Positions 24,976 through 40,235 are shown, counted from the whole stretch's first letter. The stretch: 62,246 nucleotides of DNA, filler included, from Chiloscyllium plagiosum (GCF_004010195.1; 3 parts of one record of this genome joined end to end with filler, not necessarily neighbours in it), one strand, 5' to 3'. The notes: generated by a model not told the origin, from the letters alone. Numbers and translations: made by a program.

Positions 24976-27208
24976 CAGAGAAACTATTGGGTGGAACTGA
25001 GAAATAGGAAAGGCATGATAACCTTATTGGGATTGTATTATAGACCCCCTTATAGTCAGAGGGAAATTGAGAAACAAACTTTTAAGGAGCTCTTAGCGAC
25101 CTATAAGAATAATAGGGTGGTTATGGCAGGGGATTTTAACTTTCCAAACATAGACTGGGACTGCCATAGTGTTAAAGATTTAAATGGAGAAGAATTTGTT
25201 AAGTGTGTACGAGACAATTTTCTGATTCAGTCTTGGGAAATAAGGCAGGGCAGGTGACTGAGGTGTCAGTGGGGCAGCACTTTGGGGCCAGCTACCATAA
25301 TTCTATGAGATTTAAAATAATGATGGAAAAGGATAGACCAGATCTAAAAGTTGAAGTTCTAAATTGAAGAAAGGCCAATATTGACGGTATTAGGCAAGAG
25401 CTTTTGAAAGCTGATTGGGGGCAGATGTTCGCAGGTAAAGGGACGGCTGGAAAATGGGAAGCCTTCAGAAATGAGATAATAAGAATCCAGAGAAAGTATA
25501 TTCCTGTCAGGGTGAAAGGAAAGGCTGGTAGATATAGCGAATGCTGGATGACTAAATAAATTTAGGGTTTGGTTAAGAAAAAGCAGGAAGCATATGTAAG
25601 GTATAGACAGGATAGATCAAGTGAATCCTTGGAAGAGTATAAAGGATGTAGTAGCATATTTAAGAGGGAAATCAGGAGGGCAAAAAGGGGACATGAGATA
25701 GCTGTGGCACATTGAATTAATGAGAATCCAAAGGATTTTTACAAATATAATAAGGACAAAAGGTAAGTAGGGAGAGAATAGGGTCCCTCAAAGATCAGCA
25801 AGGCGGCCTTTGCGTGGAGCTGCAGAAAATGGGAGAGATACTAAATGCGTATTTTGCACCAGTATTTACTGTGGAAAAGGATATGGAAGATATAGATTGA
25901 AGGGAAATAGATGGTGACATCTTGCAGAATGTCCATATTACAGAGGAGGAAGTGCTGGATGTCTTGAAAGGGGTAAAGGTGGATAAGTCCCCAGGACCTG
26001 ATCAGGTGTACCCGAGAACTCTATGGGAAGCTAAAGAAGTGATTGCTGGGCCTCTTGCTGAGATATTTGCATCATTGATAGTCACAGGTGAGGTGCCGGA
26101 AGACTGGAGGTTGGCTAATGTGGTGCCACTGTTTAAGAAGGGCGGTAAAGACAAGCCAGGGAACTATAGACTGGTGAGCCTGACCTCGGTGGTGGGCAAG
26201 TTGTTGGAGGGAATCCTGAGGGANNNNNNNNNNNNNNNNNNNNNNNNNNNNNNNNNNNNNNNNNNNNNNNNNNNNNNNNNNNNNNNNNNNNNNNNNNNNN
26301 NNNNNNNNNNNNNNNNNNNNNNNNNNNNNNNNNNNNNNNNNNNNNNNNNNNNNNNNNNNNNNNNNNNNNNNNNNNNNNNNNNNNNNNNNNNNNNNNNNNN
26401 NNNNNNNNNNNNNNNNNNNNNNNNNNNNNNNNNNNNNNNNNNNNNNNNNNNNNNNNNNNNNNNNNNNNNNNNNNNNNNNNNNNNNNNNNNNNNNNNNNNN
26501 NNNNNNNNNNNNNNNNNNNNNNNNNNNNNNNNNNNNNNNNNNNNNNNNNNNNNNNNNNNNNNNNNNNNNNNNNNNNNNNNNNNNNNNNNNNNNNNNNNNN
26601 NNNNNNNNNNNNNNNNNNNNNNNNNNNNNNNNNNNNNNNNNNNNNNNNNNNNNNNNNNNNNNNNNNNNNNNNNNNNNNNNNNNNNNNNNNNNNNNNNNNN
26701 NNNNNNNNNNNNNNNNNNNNNNNNNNNNNNNNNNNNNNNNNNNNNNNNNNNNNNNNNNNNNNNNNNNNNNNNNNNNNNNNNNNNNNNNNNNNNNNNNNNN
26801 NNNNNNNNNNNNNNNNNNNNNNNNNNNNNNNNNNNNNNNNNNNNNNNNNNNNNNNNNNNNNNNNNNNNNNNNNNNNNNNNNNNNNNNNNNNNNNNNNNNN
26901 NNNNNNNNNNNNNNNNNNNNNNNNNNNNNNNNNNNNNNNNNNNNNNNNNNNNNNNNNNNNNNNNNNNNNNNNNNNNNNNNNNNNNNNNNNNNNNNNNNNN
27001 NNNNNNNNNNNNNNCCAGAGGATGTGGTGGAGGCTGGTACAATTGCAACATTTAAGAGGTATTTGGATGAGTATATGAATAGAAAGGGTTTGGAGGGATA
27101 TGGGCCGGGTGCTGGCAGGTGGGACTAGATTGGGTTGGGATATCTGGTCGGCATGGATGGGTTGGACCGAAGGGTCTGTTTCCATGCTGTACATCTCTAT
27201 GACTCTAT
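24976..27208 (+). mobile_element. CR1 ORF2 to 3' end, spanning the gap at 26224-27014
   Basis: GDFNFPNIDW, KSPGPDQVYPRTL, NYRLVSLTSVVGKLLE; 3' UTR and (ctctatga) tail after the gap. Confidence 0.9.
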
Positions 27209-27364
27209 AACATAGTTATTCGAGTTATCAATACAGACACTGACTAATCTCAGCTGATCAATGATAGTACTTGCCACTCTACTGAACACATTGCATAATA
27301 AATCTAAAACTTCAGTGGGAAATTAATTTCATGCAACTTTTCAAAGAGGAAAATCAACAGTTGA

Positions 27365-29690
27365 GTTCATTTGAGACTTTCTGATAAGCTTCCTCATTGT
27401 CCATGGTACCGCCTCTTTTAGTGTTAGCAGCAATCTTATCTTGTACATTCTCATCCAAATCATTGATATAGATAACAAACAGCAATGGGCCCAGCACTGA
27501 CCCCTGACGCACTCCACTAGTCACAAGCCTGCAGTCCGACAAACATCCACCCACTATTACCCCCTGCTTCCCACCATCAAGCCAATTTTGTATCCAATTT
27601 GCCAGCTCGCCCTGGATTCCATGTGATCTAACCTTCCAGAGCAACCTACCATGTGGAAACTTATCAAAGGCCTTACTGAAATCCATATAGACTACGTCTA
27701 CCACCCTGCCCTCATCAACCTTCCTGGTCACTTCATCAAAGAACTCTGACAAATTTGTGAGACATGATCTCCTACTCACAAAGCCATGCTGACGACTCCT
27801 AAGCAAAACCTTTCTTTCCAAATGCATGTATATCTTATCTCTCAGAATCTTCTCACCACAGGGATGTTAAGCTTACTGGTCTATAGTTCAGGCTTTTCTT
27901 TGCAGCCTTTCTTGAATAATTGCATAACGTACGCTACCCTCCAGTCTTCTGGGACCTCACTCATGGCTAACAATGTTGCAAAACTATCAGCCAGGGCCCC
28001 CCGCAATTTCTTCTCTAGCCTCTTGCAGTGTTCTTAGATATATCTGGTCAGGGCCAGGAGATTTCTCCACCTTCACACATTCTAATACATCCAACAACTC
28101 CTCTACTGTGATGAGGACTATGTCCAAGATATCACCACTACTTTTTCCAGTTCCCAAGTCTTTGTGTCTTTCTCCATGGTAATCACAGAGGAGACATATT
28201 CATTGAGAACCTCACCTATCTCCTGCGGTTTTACACATACATGTCCATTTTGGGCCTTGATGGGACCTATTCTTTCTCAAGTTATTCTTTTTTCTTTAAA
28301 GTACCTCTTTGGATTCACCCTAAACTTCTCAGCCAAGGCTATCCTGTGCCCCATTTTCACCCTCCTGATTTCCTTCTTCAGTAAACTCCTGTATTCCCTG
28401 TATACCTCCAGGGATTCCATTGATCCCAGCTGCCTGTACCTGAGGCATGCCTCTTTTTTTCTGCTTCAATACCTCTTGTCATCCAGGGTTTCCTATTCCT
28501 GCCAATGTTGCCCTTTACCCTCAATGGAACATATAGGCCTTGAACTCTAGCTATCTCACTTGCCAGAGGTCCCTTTGCCTGCGAACAAACTACTCCAATC
28601 AGTCCTGAAAGTTCCTGTCTAATTCCATCAACGTTTGCCTTGACCCAGTTTAGAACTTGAATCTGTGGACCAGTTTTGTCCATCTCCATAACTATTTTAA
28701 AATTAACAGAGCTATGGTCATTTGTCCCAAAGTGCTCCCCCACTGTCACCTCCTTCACCTGTCCCCTACCCTATTTCCCAACAATAGGTTGAGTTTTGCC
28801 CCTTCCTGAGAATGACTCTCTATATACTGCTTGACGAAACCTTCCTGAACGCACTTAACAAATTCCACCCCATCTAAGCCCTTAACACTCTAGCAGTCCC
28901 TGTCCATGTTAGGAAAACTAACATTCTCTCCTATGGCAATGCTATTGCTCCTACAAGTCTCCCCAATCTCGCTGCATATTTGTTCCTTTAATTCCTGTTG
29001 GCTACTTGGAGGCCTATAGTACAATCCCTATAATGTCACCATCCCTTTCTTATTTCTTTGCTCCACCCACAAAGTCTCACTGGACAAGCTTTCAGTTATT
29101 TCATCTCTGATTACTGCTGTGATATTTGCCTTAATCAAAAATGCAACTCCCCCTCCCCTCCTTCCACCACCTCTGTCCCACCTGAAGCAACTGTAACCTG
29201 GCATATTCAGCTGCCAGTTCAGTCCCTCCCTTAGCCACGTTTCTGTAATGGCTTTAGTATCCCAGTACCATGTACCTATCCACACCCTGAGTTCATTGGC
29301 CTTACCTGTTAGCCTTCCTGCACTAAAGTTAGTCCAACAGGCATTCCTTGCTCCCTGTCGTGTTCCAGCCTGACCGGTCTCTTCAGCTTACTGTTTCTGA
29401 TTACTATATCTCCTTTGAGCCTCTCACTTGCCTCCCTGCTGTTGAAGATCCCACCCTCCCGCCAATCTAATTTAAAATCTCCCTTGCAGCGCTAGCAAAC
29501 CTGGCCGCTAACATACTGGTCGCCCTCCAGTTCGGGGGCATCTTGAACAGGTCACCTCAACCCCAAAACACATCCCAGTGATCCAAAAATCCGCATCCTT
29601 GCCCCCTGCACCAATTCTTTAGCCATTTATTCATCTGCCAGATCTTTCTGTTCTTGCCCTCACTAGGATGTGGCACTGGAACTAACTTGG
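27365..29690 (-). mobile_element. CR1 fragment (ORF1 end, endonuclease, RT), degenerate
   Basis: AITETWL, GGGVAFLIK, GEHFGTNDH, QHGFVSRRSCLTNL, VYMDFSKAFDK, GVRQGSVLGPLLFVIYINDLD. Confidence 0.9.
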
Positions 29691-30730
29691 AGTTTACTTT
29701 CAGTTCTTTCAGGTTTTTTTGTTTTATTTTTCATAACATATCTGGTCAGAAAACTTTTACTTCCCTCTTGATAGCTGCCAGTTACTCCTTATTCAGACCC
29801 TGTCTTCAATTGATTGCACTCACCTTGAGATATGTTGAGGTGTCAACTCCTGAACAGCTGTCAGAAAACAGAAAATCCTAACACTGATAAAACAGGTAAG
29901 AATAAACTGATTCTCCATGTAAAACTAATGCAATAGGATTTTTTTTTTTTAAAAAAAAGACTGGGTTATCTGAAAACCCCACCACAGGATTTATTGACAT
30001 GAATATTCGAAAAGTGTAATAGTCAGAACATACCCAATTTCATCATCCTACCTTATCACACAGTGAATTTCTTCCACTGCAGAGGTGTCGACCTAACTAT
30101 GATACAAAAGCAAAATACTATGTTGGAAATCGGAAATAAAGGCAGTCACTGAGTTCCTGCTTTAGGTTGTGAACTTAATTGTTTTCTTCACTCATGTTGG
30201 CTGATGTACTGAATATGACCAGCATCTTCTGTTTTCATTCTGCATATGGAACTGGCATGTTTTACAGAAGTTACTGTGGGATTTTACTTTCATTCACTCA
30301 ATCATGTCAGTATTCCGCGGTTTATCAGTTGAGTGATAAATATGGTGAGAACTGTAACAGCCATGAAATCCAGAGTGGGCAAATTCAGTTACAATGTATT
30401 TAAAAATGAAATCAAACGGTTCCGTCTGAACATGGATTGTTTTCCGAATTTTCTTCCAATATGTATGGACCTGTTTGCACATCACTGATTTACCATATTG
30501 TTGCGGTTAGGTAGCTAACAGAATGCAAAACTTCATTAGCAAGCTTGCGACCACATTGCAACAGGGTCTAAATAAAATGTTTCTTAAAGTAAACGCTTTG
30601 GTCTGCTTGTTTTGCTGATTATTCAATTATTTCTCGCGGCAAGTTAATTATTTAATTAGAGTTGCATTAACAGAAAGAGAGAGAGAGAGAAACGCAGTGG
30701 GACTCTGATGGCGCGCTGGGAGTATCTCCA

Positions 30731-30781
30731 ATCTCTGAGTCCGACCTGTGCATCTCTGAGTCCGACCTGTGCATCTCTGAG
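30731..30781 (+). repeat. 21-bp tandem repeat (atctctgagtccgacctgtgc) x2.4
   Basis: Exact copies at 30731-30751 and 30752-30772, partial third copy; (GA)n at 30675-30690. Confidence 0.9.
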
Positions 30782-31099
30782 CGGGTGGCTGAGAAAATAT
30801 GTAGAACAAAAGGTGGAATATTTTAATTGTTTTGCTAAAGCTCACAGTGGGTTTTGTAACGGAGAGCTCGTCGCTTTGACGAAGTCAAACTGCAAGAATA
30901 TGCTGGAAAGAATCTCTGGAAAGTTGGCATCAGTCAAGGGTTGGAAAGTGTTGGTACTGACCGGGGTCTCAGGCTGGCTGCAAACTTCCCAAGGACATAG
31001 GTGGAGTGTGAAACTTTCTCATCCATAATGTCTCCTTAGGATTCGAGTCTTGATTTTATCTGGATCCTTTTGTGTATGTGCGTGTATGTTTTATTATTT

Positions 31100-32176
<1,077 letters not shown>

Positions 32177-32589
32177 TAATATGGCTTGCTACTTTAAAAT
32201 AAGTTAATATGAAATTAATTTGGTGCCAACTCGGGAATGAACGGCCAGTTATTTCACCTGATAAGCTGTTCCCGTAGGAACTTGCTTGACGAGCTCAGAT
32301 TTAGATCCCACTGTTTATCTTCCACATTGGCTTGCAGATCGTGATTTTTTTTTGTTGTCAACAGTTGGATCTGCCGCTCCTTTCAGTAAGAAGGTTTTGA
32401 CCAACCCGGCACTCAACATTAGAGGCGCGAATTTAACTTGATTCTGCGTTTAAAAAAGTTCTCTCGAAGTCCTAGCTTCAGAGTTATTTTAGAGGTAATT
32501 AGAGTCAGACAGGGGCCTTACAGACTCTGTGGAGGAGAGGTAATAATTTGTTTTCTCTCTCTCTCTCTATCTATAATATATTGGTTTAG

Positions 32590-32769
<180 letters not shown>

Positions 32770-33027
32770 ATGACATGAAAAGGAATATAAATGAGATATT
32801 ATGTAACGGTGTTTTCCTGTCAATGTCAGTTTGTCTGTGGTTACTTCTCCTTCAGAACTTTTCGTACAGAATGCGAAAGTGTACTTGTTCGTGTAGGCCA
32901 TATTCGTGAGCAAAGCGTGCTTGGCATATGGCGCAAGGCTTAATAACAATGCATCACATCAGACAACTTCTGCATGGGCAGTTCTTGGGAAGAATATAAT
33001 AAGCTGCAAAATTGGACTTGTTCATTA

Positions 33028-33195
33028 CAAAAGCAGAACACTGCGGATGCTGGAAATCTGGATTGAAAACAGAAAATGCTGGAAATATTCATCAGCCTGG
33101 TGGAAGGCCTGAATGAAACACTCCTTTCTCTCTCCTCAGGTGCTGCCTGTTCTGCTGGACTTTTCCAGCCTTTTCTTTATTTATTCTGGATTTCT
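33028..33195. mobile_element. Old Penelope-type inverted-terminus relic in the putative C1QL2 3' UTR
   Basis: ctgcggatgctggaaatctg head; arms agaaaatgctggaaa (33071-33085) and tttccagccttttct (33162-33176). Confidence 0.6.
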
Positions 33196-33379
33196 TCATC
33201 CCGGTGACCATGCTGCAGGCACCGGTTTTTGTGTGATGATACACAGTATTGGTAACACGCTCTTTCACTGTTACACATGAAATATTTATCTTATCGTTAC
33301 AATCCAAGCTTTTGATGTAATGTTACAACATTAAATACCATTTTCTACAATGCTTTGCGCTGATCCTTTACATGTACTG

Positions 33380-33385
33380 AATAAA
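33380..33385 (+). terminator. Candidate C1QL2 polyadenylation signal
   Basis: AATAAA preceded by TGTA and followed by the GT/T-rich ctgtgtttt. Confidence 0.5.
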
Positions 33386-36300
33386 TCGTCTATTACTGTG
33401 TTTTAAGTTGCACCCTATAGCTTTTCAGCCGGGATTTCCTGGCATGTATTGAATAATGCAGAGAACTCTTCTTCCGAATTAATTTGATGGTCGCCTCTCT
33501 TATCGTCAATAGGCCCACCAAAAGGGTTTTACGGATATGAATCAGTTTTCGTAGCTTTTGATCTACAAGTATCATTTCCAGAGACCGCCTCACTATAGAA
33601 TTCTAACCACAAGTGGCATCTTAGAGAACGAATAAACACAAATTAACTTGATAATGAGCATGATTTGAAAGTGCAACTCGTAATTCTCAACTGCAAGTCC
33701 AACGTTTGTGCGTTAGTCGCCCAATACTAGCCCTTAGGATATTTCAGAAAATCGGTCCCTGTATTGATCATTGCGATATAATATGGCAAACTAATTTCAC
33801 AGCATCAAGTATTGTTAGTGTTCTAATCATAGCAAAGACAACAACTTTTTTATGTTTACAACTATTTTCTGCTTACTTTGCATATTATAAAAATGCATGC
33901 AGCAATTGTCTTGGTAGTTGTAATTTTTGATTTACGTTTGAATGTGAAAGCAACTTTATCTTTACTGAGATTTTGTTTAAAGTTCATCATACTAGCAGTC
34001 TGCTCATGACAAAAATGATCAGGAAATAGCATCCATTTTGGTAAGGTTTTAATACAACTGGACATGTATATGTAAAGTGATTACTCTCCTCAATACATCA
34101 GAGGAGATTAACAGAGTATAGGAATTTATCTTTAAACTGGTTCAGCTAAAACGGACTGTATCCGCGCCACTTTCATTCAGCCCCCAAAATTTGTTGTAAG
34201 AAATCCCACTTGTTCAGAGAGAGAGGAGGGTAAAGCATTAACTCTACTTCAAGTCTCAAAAATGAATATTGACATACAAGTCTTTTTCAGCGCAGTATAG
34301 AAATCTAAGGAGATATTCTTGTGCTTTATTCTGGTCCAAAGGAAAACTTTGTACTTTAACAAAGGCCAAACCATTCCCCGCGGATGCAATGAAGATTCAT
34401 TGCGAGGGAATTGATGTTCACATTAAAAATACAAATTTCAGCTTGAAATTCTTAAATCTGTATTCCCCGCTACAGGCGGCTACCTGCAATTCTCATTCAC
34501 GGCTGCATATGTGTCTGTGGAGGTGTCAAGAGCTAAGAGAATGATGGATTGATGAGGCTTGTGAAAGAGGAGAGTTGCGTGACAGTTAGCCCTGACAGTG
34601 ATGTATGTATCCTCGCATTATCAATGTCATGTCGGGGATTTAGGAAAGCTTTTGCCGAGCGCCCCTTTTTCTACTTGCTGTCATGTTGCTAATTATCACG
34701 TCGGTTAACATTCAGAAAGACATATTGCTAGTGACAATGACACCAGACATAATCGGTAAAAAAAAGAGGCCGGATTAATTTAAAACATGGTTTACCAGCG
34801 AATTTGTTTTTAAACTTTGCTTTTCATAGTTACAACATTAAAATCGCAGAGTCTGTAACATTAATTACATATAAAATGCATTTGAAGAGCTGTCAAGGGT
34901 TTTTCAATCAATACACCTAATTGATTGACTCCAATCTCCCGAGACTTTCAGTCGGTAGAAATAGAGAAGCCTGTGCGTTAACATTAACCTTAGAATGTTA
35001 ATTAAACTTAAATAAATAACTCAGTTTACTTTATTAGATTTCATTGGAATATCTACTCTGATGAATAAGTAATTAATATTGACATGATTGGTATATCTGG
35101 TGTACATAACTTTGAATTCATATACTACATATTCAGGTCATACATTTATTGCTAGAATTAAAATGATAACGCAACTGCTTTGCAAAGTAACCTTTAAAAA
35201 TGGAGGCCCACAATTTTTATATTAGTGAAAATGTGGAGAATTGCTCCTTCTCCAGTATTACTAGCAGGAAAATATGGTTTAAAGATGTGCAATTTGTGAG
35301 GAAGTGATCTCATTGGCCACAAAGGGAAATTCAAAAGTCTCAATGACCATTTAACATTGCTGAAGTACTTGGGGAGTCAGTTCCCTGCTTTACATGTTAA
35401 ACATGTTCATCATGTTGTCAGGTTTTGTGATAAATAGATTTGTACCAAACGCAAAAGGCAGTTTTTCAATTATATTTTAGCTATCATTCTCCAAAAGTGA
35501 ATTGGAAAGAAAATTGGACCGAGTGCAAAATGAAGCACCAATTCACGATTGCCCATCTTCTGCTATCCCCCAGTACAAACTTATGCAAGTTTACATTTAG
35601 GTAGCAGCTGGAGTTACACGATTTGTTATCTGGAGTCACCATACTGACATAGATCTTATGAAATATAAAATACCTTTAATCATGGCCATAGTTGTCAACA
35701 AATGCCAGACACCTAGATGAATTTTAACAAAAAGCAATTTACCGCATGCAAGGAAGCTTGTTGAGTTATTTGGGGGTGAATGATTAGAAGATGTCAGTCC
35801 TAAAGGAAAGGTCAACATTTCATATGGACTGCACTATTCAGATGTTCTATGATTTGTGTGCTAAGTTAGGCAGGCAGTAACTGACTTATGCATGTGTGTT
35901 ATAATATGTCTTTCCCATAAAATGTAAATGTTTCTGATTATACTTAGGAAACTATCCACTCTTCAATGGAGGAGAACCTATGAAATGTATATCAAGTACG
36001 AAGAGGCTCCTATTGGTGTCATGTTTCTTAGCTTCAATTTTCTTTGCCTAACATTTCAAACCCAAAATTGGAAGTAAATATTTGTGGGACACTAAGCAGA
36101 ATAAAATCAATCTCACTGTGACTTATTATTAGCTAACTTTTTTTCTCCACATGAAGAAATAGAGGAGTATTTAACTGCCAGACTTTTGGTTATACTGTTA
36201 ACAGTTTGATGATAGTGTATAATTGTAGCATCATCAGTTTAAAAATCTGTGAATTAGTATTTTGATTAATAACAGTATTCTTGTTAAACAGACAAATATT

Positions 36301-37489
36301 TATTTACATTAAGCTATAAATGTAGCACACTTCTAGCAATTTCAGAATGGTACTTAAACAATTTTTCTATTACAGTTATTCTTTCAATGAAATAAAAAAT
36401 ACAGGTGAAGTTCAAAAAGCAAGCAAACACAAATTGACTTAAGCAATGGTTGTAATTAAAGCAATATATGTGTAAAATTAGATGTTGTAAAACTGATTAT
36501 TTCATGTTGCGAAGTGTCTTCCAGAAGAATGAAGATGCATTACCTCTAGGGTATATTGGCAAATTGAAAAAGAATATGTACATGCGCTGAAAATGTCACT
36601 TTAACACGCATCTAGAGTTCAAGACAGCTAAAATGTGCTCATTGACCTGGATGTTGGATTATTTGTTATTTCTGAGAATGTCAAGCCTTCAAATTATAGA
36701 TGAAAAGAAATGAACGTGACTTGCTGAAATGCTACAACTGTCAAAATTGTATATGAGCGTCAGGTATCATGCCAGTGCAACTTTAACATTTATGATTTAT
36801 ATACTTTTGTACAGGGGTGCACGACCTTTTATAACAACCATCTGCATAAGGCAGTTATTTTCTCATGCTGCACATTTCCTGGCTCTATATATTGACCAAG
36901 CACTTCCTGGTCTTCAATGCACCGCACCACTCTCGCACCCCTACCACCAAACTGCCAGCAATTCACACAACATGCAAAAACATAGGCCATCCAACCTGAA
37001 AGCAGTCAATCCAAGATGATGAACCAAAAATTATTTTTCAACAATCAATATTTATAAAGCACCATGAATATAATGAAATATCCCAAGGTTCTCACAAAGG
37101 TATTCTGGAACAAATGTTGATACTGAGCCATGAAATAAGATATTAGGGTAGATGACCAAAAATTTAGTCAAAGCATCTTAAAGAAGTGAAGAGAGGTAGA
37201 GATTTTGGAAAGGATCCTAAGACGTGGGGGTTGAACCAAGATCAGTAAAAATCATGGGGACTAAAATTCGAGTAGCACAATCATTTCTGAAAGCTTTAAT
37301 ATTGGAGGATATTAACGTTGGAGGGACAGGCCATGGAAGAATTCAAACACAGGAGTAAATATTTTATTATTGAAATGTTTCTTACTTGTGAACTGATGTA
37401 GCACAGTAAGGGCAGGAGTGATGTCTCAGCAGGGCTTGTGAGTTAGGACAGAAACAATAGACTTTTGGATATCCTCAAGAAACAATCTT

Positions 37490-38462
37490 TCCAGATGAAG
37501 CAGCATTTCACCTGTACCTCCTCTAATCTTGTGCATTGTATTTGCTGCATCCAATGTGATCTACTCTGCATTGGAGAAACCAAACACAGATTAGATTAGA
37601 TTACTTACAGTGTGGAAACAGGCCCTTCAGCCCAACAAGCCCACACCGAGGCCCATTCCTCTACATTTACCCCTTCACCTAACACTACTGGCAATTTAGC
37701 ATGGCCAATTCACCTGACCTGCACATTTTTTGGACTGTGGGAGGAAACCGGTGCACCCAGAGAAAACCCACACAGACGTGGGGAGAATGTGCAAGCTCCA
37801 CATAGTCAATCGCCTGAGGCGGGAATTGAACCCAGGTCTCTGGTGCTGTGAGGCAGCAGTGCTAACCACTGTACCACCGTGCTGCCCACAAACTGGGTGA
37901 CTGCTTTGCACAACACCTCCAGACTATGTGAATTCATGACCCTGACATTCCCATAGCGGGTCATTTTAACACAGCAGCCTGCTCGCATGCTCACTTGTCT
38001 GTCCTCAATATACTGCAACGCTCCAGTAAATCACATTGCAAACTGGAGGAGCAACATCTCCTCTTCAAATGTGGCAGTTTACAACCGTCTGGACTCAATA
38101 TTGAGTACAACACCTTCAAATTGTGAACCTATCCCTTCCTTTTCTTTTAATTTTGCTTGCTACATTCTCTGTCTTCCTCTCCCCCCTGTCCCAACCCTAG
38201 TGGGACTGTCTGTTGTTTTCAGTCGGGCAGCTAGATATACCATTGTCCTGTGATTCTCACATTCCGGTCACTGAATATGAACTATCAACATCCTTTCTCC
38301 CCCAGCACTTCAAACAGCCTCCCTCAACTATTGCATAAGTGCTGCTGCCTCCACACTTCACTTCAGTTCTGGTGAAGAGTCATTCAGACTTGAAATGTTA
38401 CCTTACTTTCTCTCAATGAATGCTGCCTGACCTGTTGTAATCTAGAGGATTTTTTTGTTCTC
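37490..38462 (+). mobile_element. Penelope 3' fragment (GIY-YIG + terminal repeat), interrupted by an HE1 SINE
   Basis: FTCTSSNLVHCICCIQCDLLCIGETKHR | LGDCFAQHL; degenerate hammerhead ctggtgaagagtcattcagacttgaaatgtt at 38369. Confidence 0.8.
37591..37886 (-). mobile_element. HE1 SINE with TSD-like cacaga/cacaaa
   Basis: Full head and V-domain, (tctaa)n tail; removing it restores the ETKHRLGD frame. Confidence 0.9.
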
Positions 38463-38984
38463 AGTCCAGGGAGGACAGAGTTGGGAATTTTACAGAACTG
38501 GGGAATAAGCGGTATTGTGTGGTCAGAAGTTTATCGCAAATATAATATCAAGTTTGTGAGCAGTTTAATTCACCTTTGACAGTGCAATGGTTAAATAAGG
38601 TGGGTTATTATTCATTTCAAAGGGCAACTAGGGATACCCAAGAGAATGCTGGCCTTACCAGTGTACTCACATCCCATGAAAGAATAAAAGAAGTGACAGA
38701 ACAGGGACTGAGTTGTTTGTGGGATGATTTGCTAACATGATTGGGAAAGGTGTACACTAACCTGGCTGCGGTGAAAATAATGAGTAATATCAGAGAAGAA
38801 TACAAAGGTTCACAAAATGGTGTCAGATACAGACATGACTCAAGTAGTAAGTAATGACTTATTCAGTGGATTCAAAGTTAGGGAGAAGCTAACAAAGTCT
38901 AAGATGAAGTAACCATGCAGTTATGTGAATTAATTGTGGCAAATAAACTTGCTGAATATAGAACCCATGAAATGGAAGTGTTGG

Positions 38985-40235
38985 TGTTGGACTGGAGTGG
39001 ACAAAGTTAAAAATCACACAACACCAGATTGTAGTCCAACAGGTTTATTTAGAAGTATAAGCTTTCAAAGCACTGCTACTTCATCAGGTGGCTAGTGCGC
39101 AGGATCATAGGACGCAGAATTTAGAGTAAACGATCAAACTATCATACAACTGATGCGATGTATTGAACAAAGCTAGGCTCATGATGTGGTTCATTTGTAC
39201 GTGCTGTCAGATACGATACAGGGAGTGCTGTTCTTTATAGACAGCAATAATATGCACCAGTTTCAGGTGACAGCCATTCACTGGGTCATTTCTCAGAGCA
39301 AGGCCCTGATCTATCAGAGCCAACCTGCTTAGTATAAAATTTAAACTAAGTCTGGCTGTTAACTATCAATAAATATTGATAAACATTGACAAGCTGTCTT
39401 TAATCACTTAGAATGGGGATGTAGGTTTTGATTCATTAGTATGTGAATCCCAGAACGTCTTTCAAGTCACAGTCCCAAGATAACTTAAGGTTCAATTAAA
39501 AAAAAGGTGATATCTCAGCTCAGACAATGCATTAAAAGTATGAGGTTAGTTTGTATCCCAACCTTGAGTCAGACTGTGCGCTTTTCAAACAAAATATAAT
39601 GTATCTGCAAATACAAATCTGCGTATGCAAAATCACCCCATAGATTTATATGTGTGTGAGAGACAGAGCATGTCTGAGAATATGTGTGTGCATGTGTACG
39701 TGTTTGATAGAGTGTGTGAGTGTGATGGAGAATATTAGATTAGATTTCCTACAGTGTGGATACAGGCCAGTTGGGCCAACAAGTTCACACTGACCCTCTG
39801 AAGAGTAACTCACCCAGACCCAATTCACACTGACTAATGAACCTAACATTGTGGGCAATTTAGCATGGCCAATCCACCTGACCTGCACATCTTTGGATTT
39901 TGGGAGGAAACTGGAGCACCTCAAGGAAACCCACACAGACATGGAGAGAATGTGCAAACTCCACGCAGACAGTTGCCCGAAACTGGAATCGAACCTGGGT
40001 CCCTGGTGCTGTGAGGCAGCCATGCTAATATGTCTGTAAATGTGAGCGTGGGTATGTGTGTCTGAGAGTGTGTGTATAAGAGAGAGCCTGTGTGGGTATG
40101 TGAGTGTCTAAGAGTGTGCGTGTATGTGTGTTTGCATGTGAGTGTGTGTGTGCACTACCTGATGAAAGAGCAGCGCACAGAAACCTTGTACTTCCAAATA
40201 AACCTGCTGGACTATGACCTCATGTTGTGTGAATT
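38985..40235. mobile_element. Penelope-type element with inverted termini, internal (TG/AG)n tract and nested HE1
   Basis: Inverted arms 39015-39090 and 40155-40232, each with a ctgatga...gaaa core. Confidence 0.65.
39734..40028 (-). mobile_element. HE1 SINE
   Basis: V-domain and tail as in other copies, inserted in a dinucleotide repeat. Confidence 0.88.

Noticed and set aside
25922..27194. Long ORFs of 295-377 aa in the track
   Set aside because: Mostly X from the N gap; the real residues are CR1 ORF2 or its antisense.
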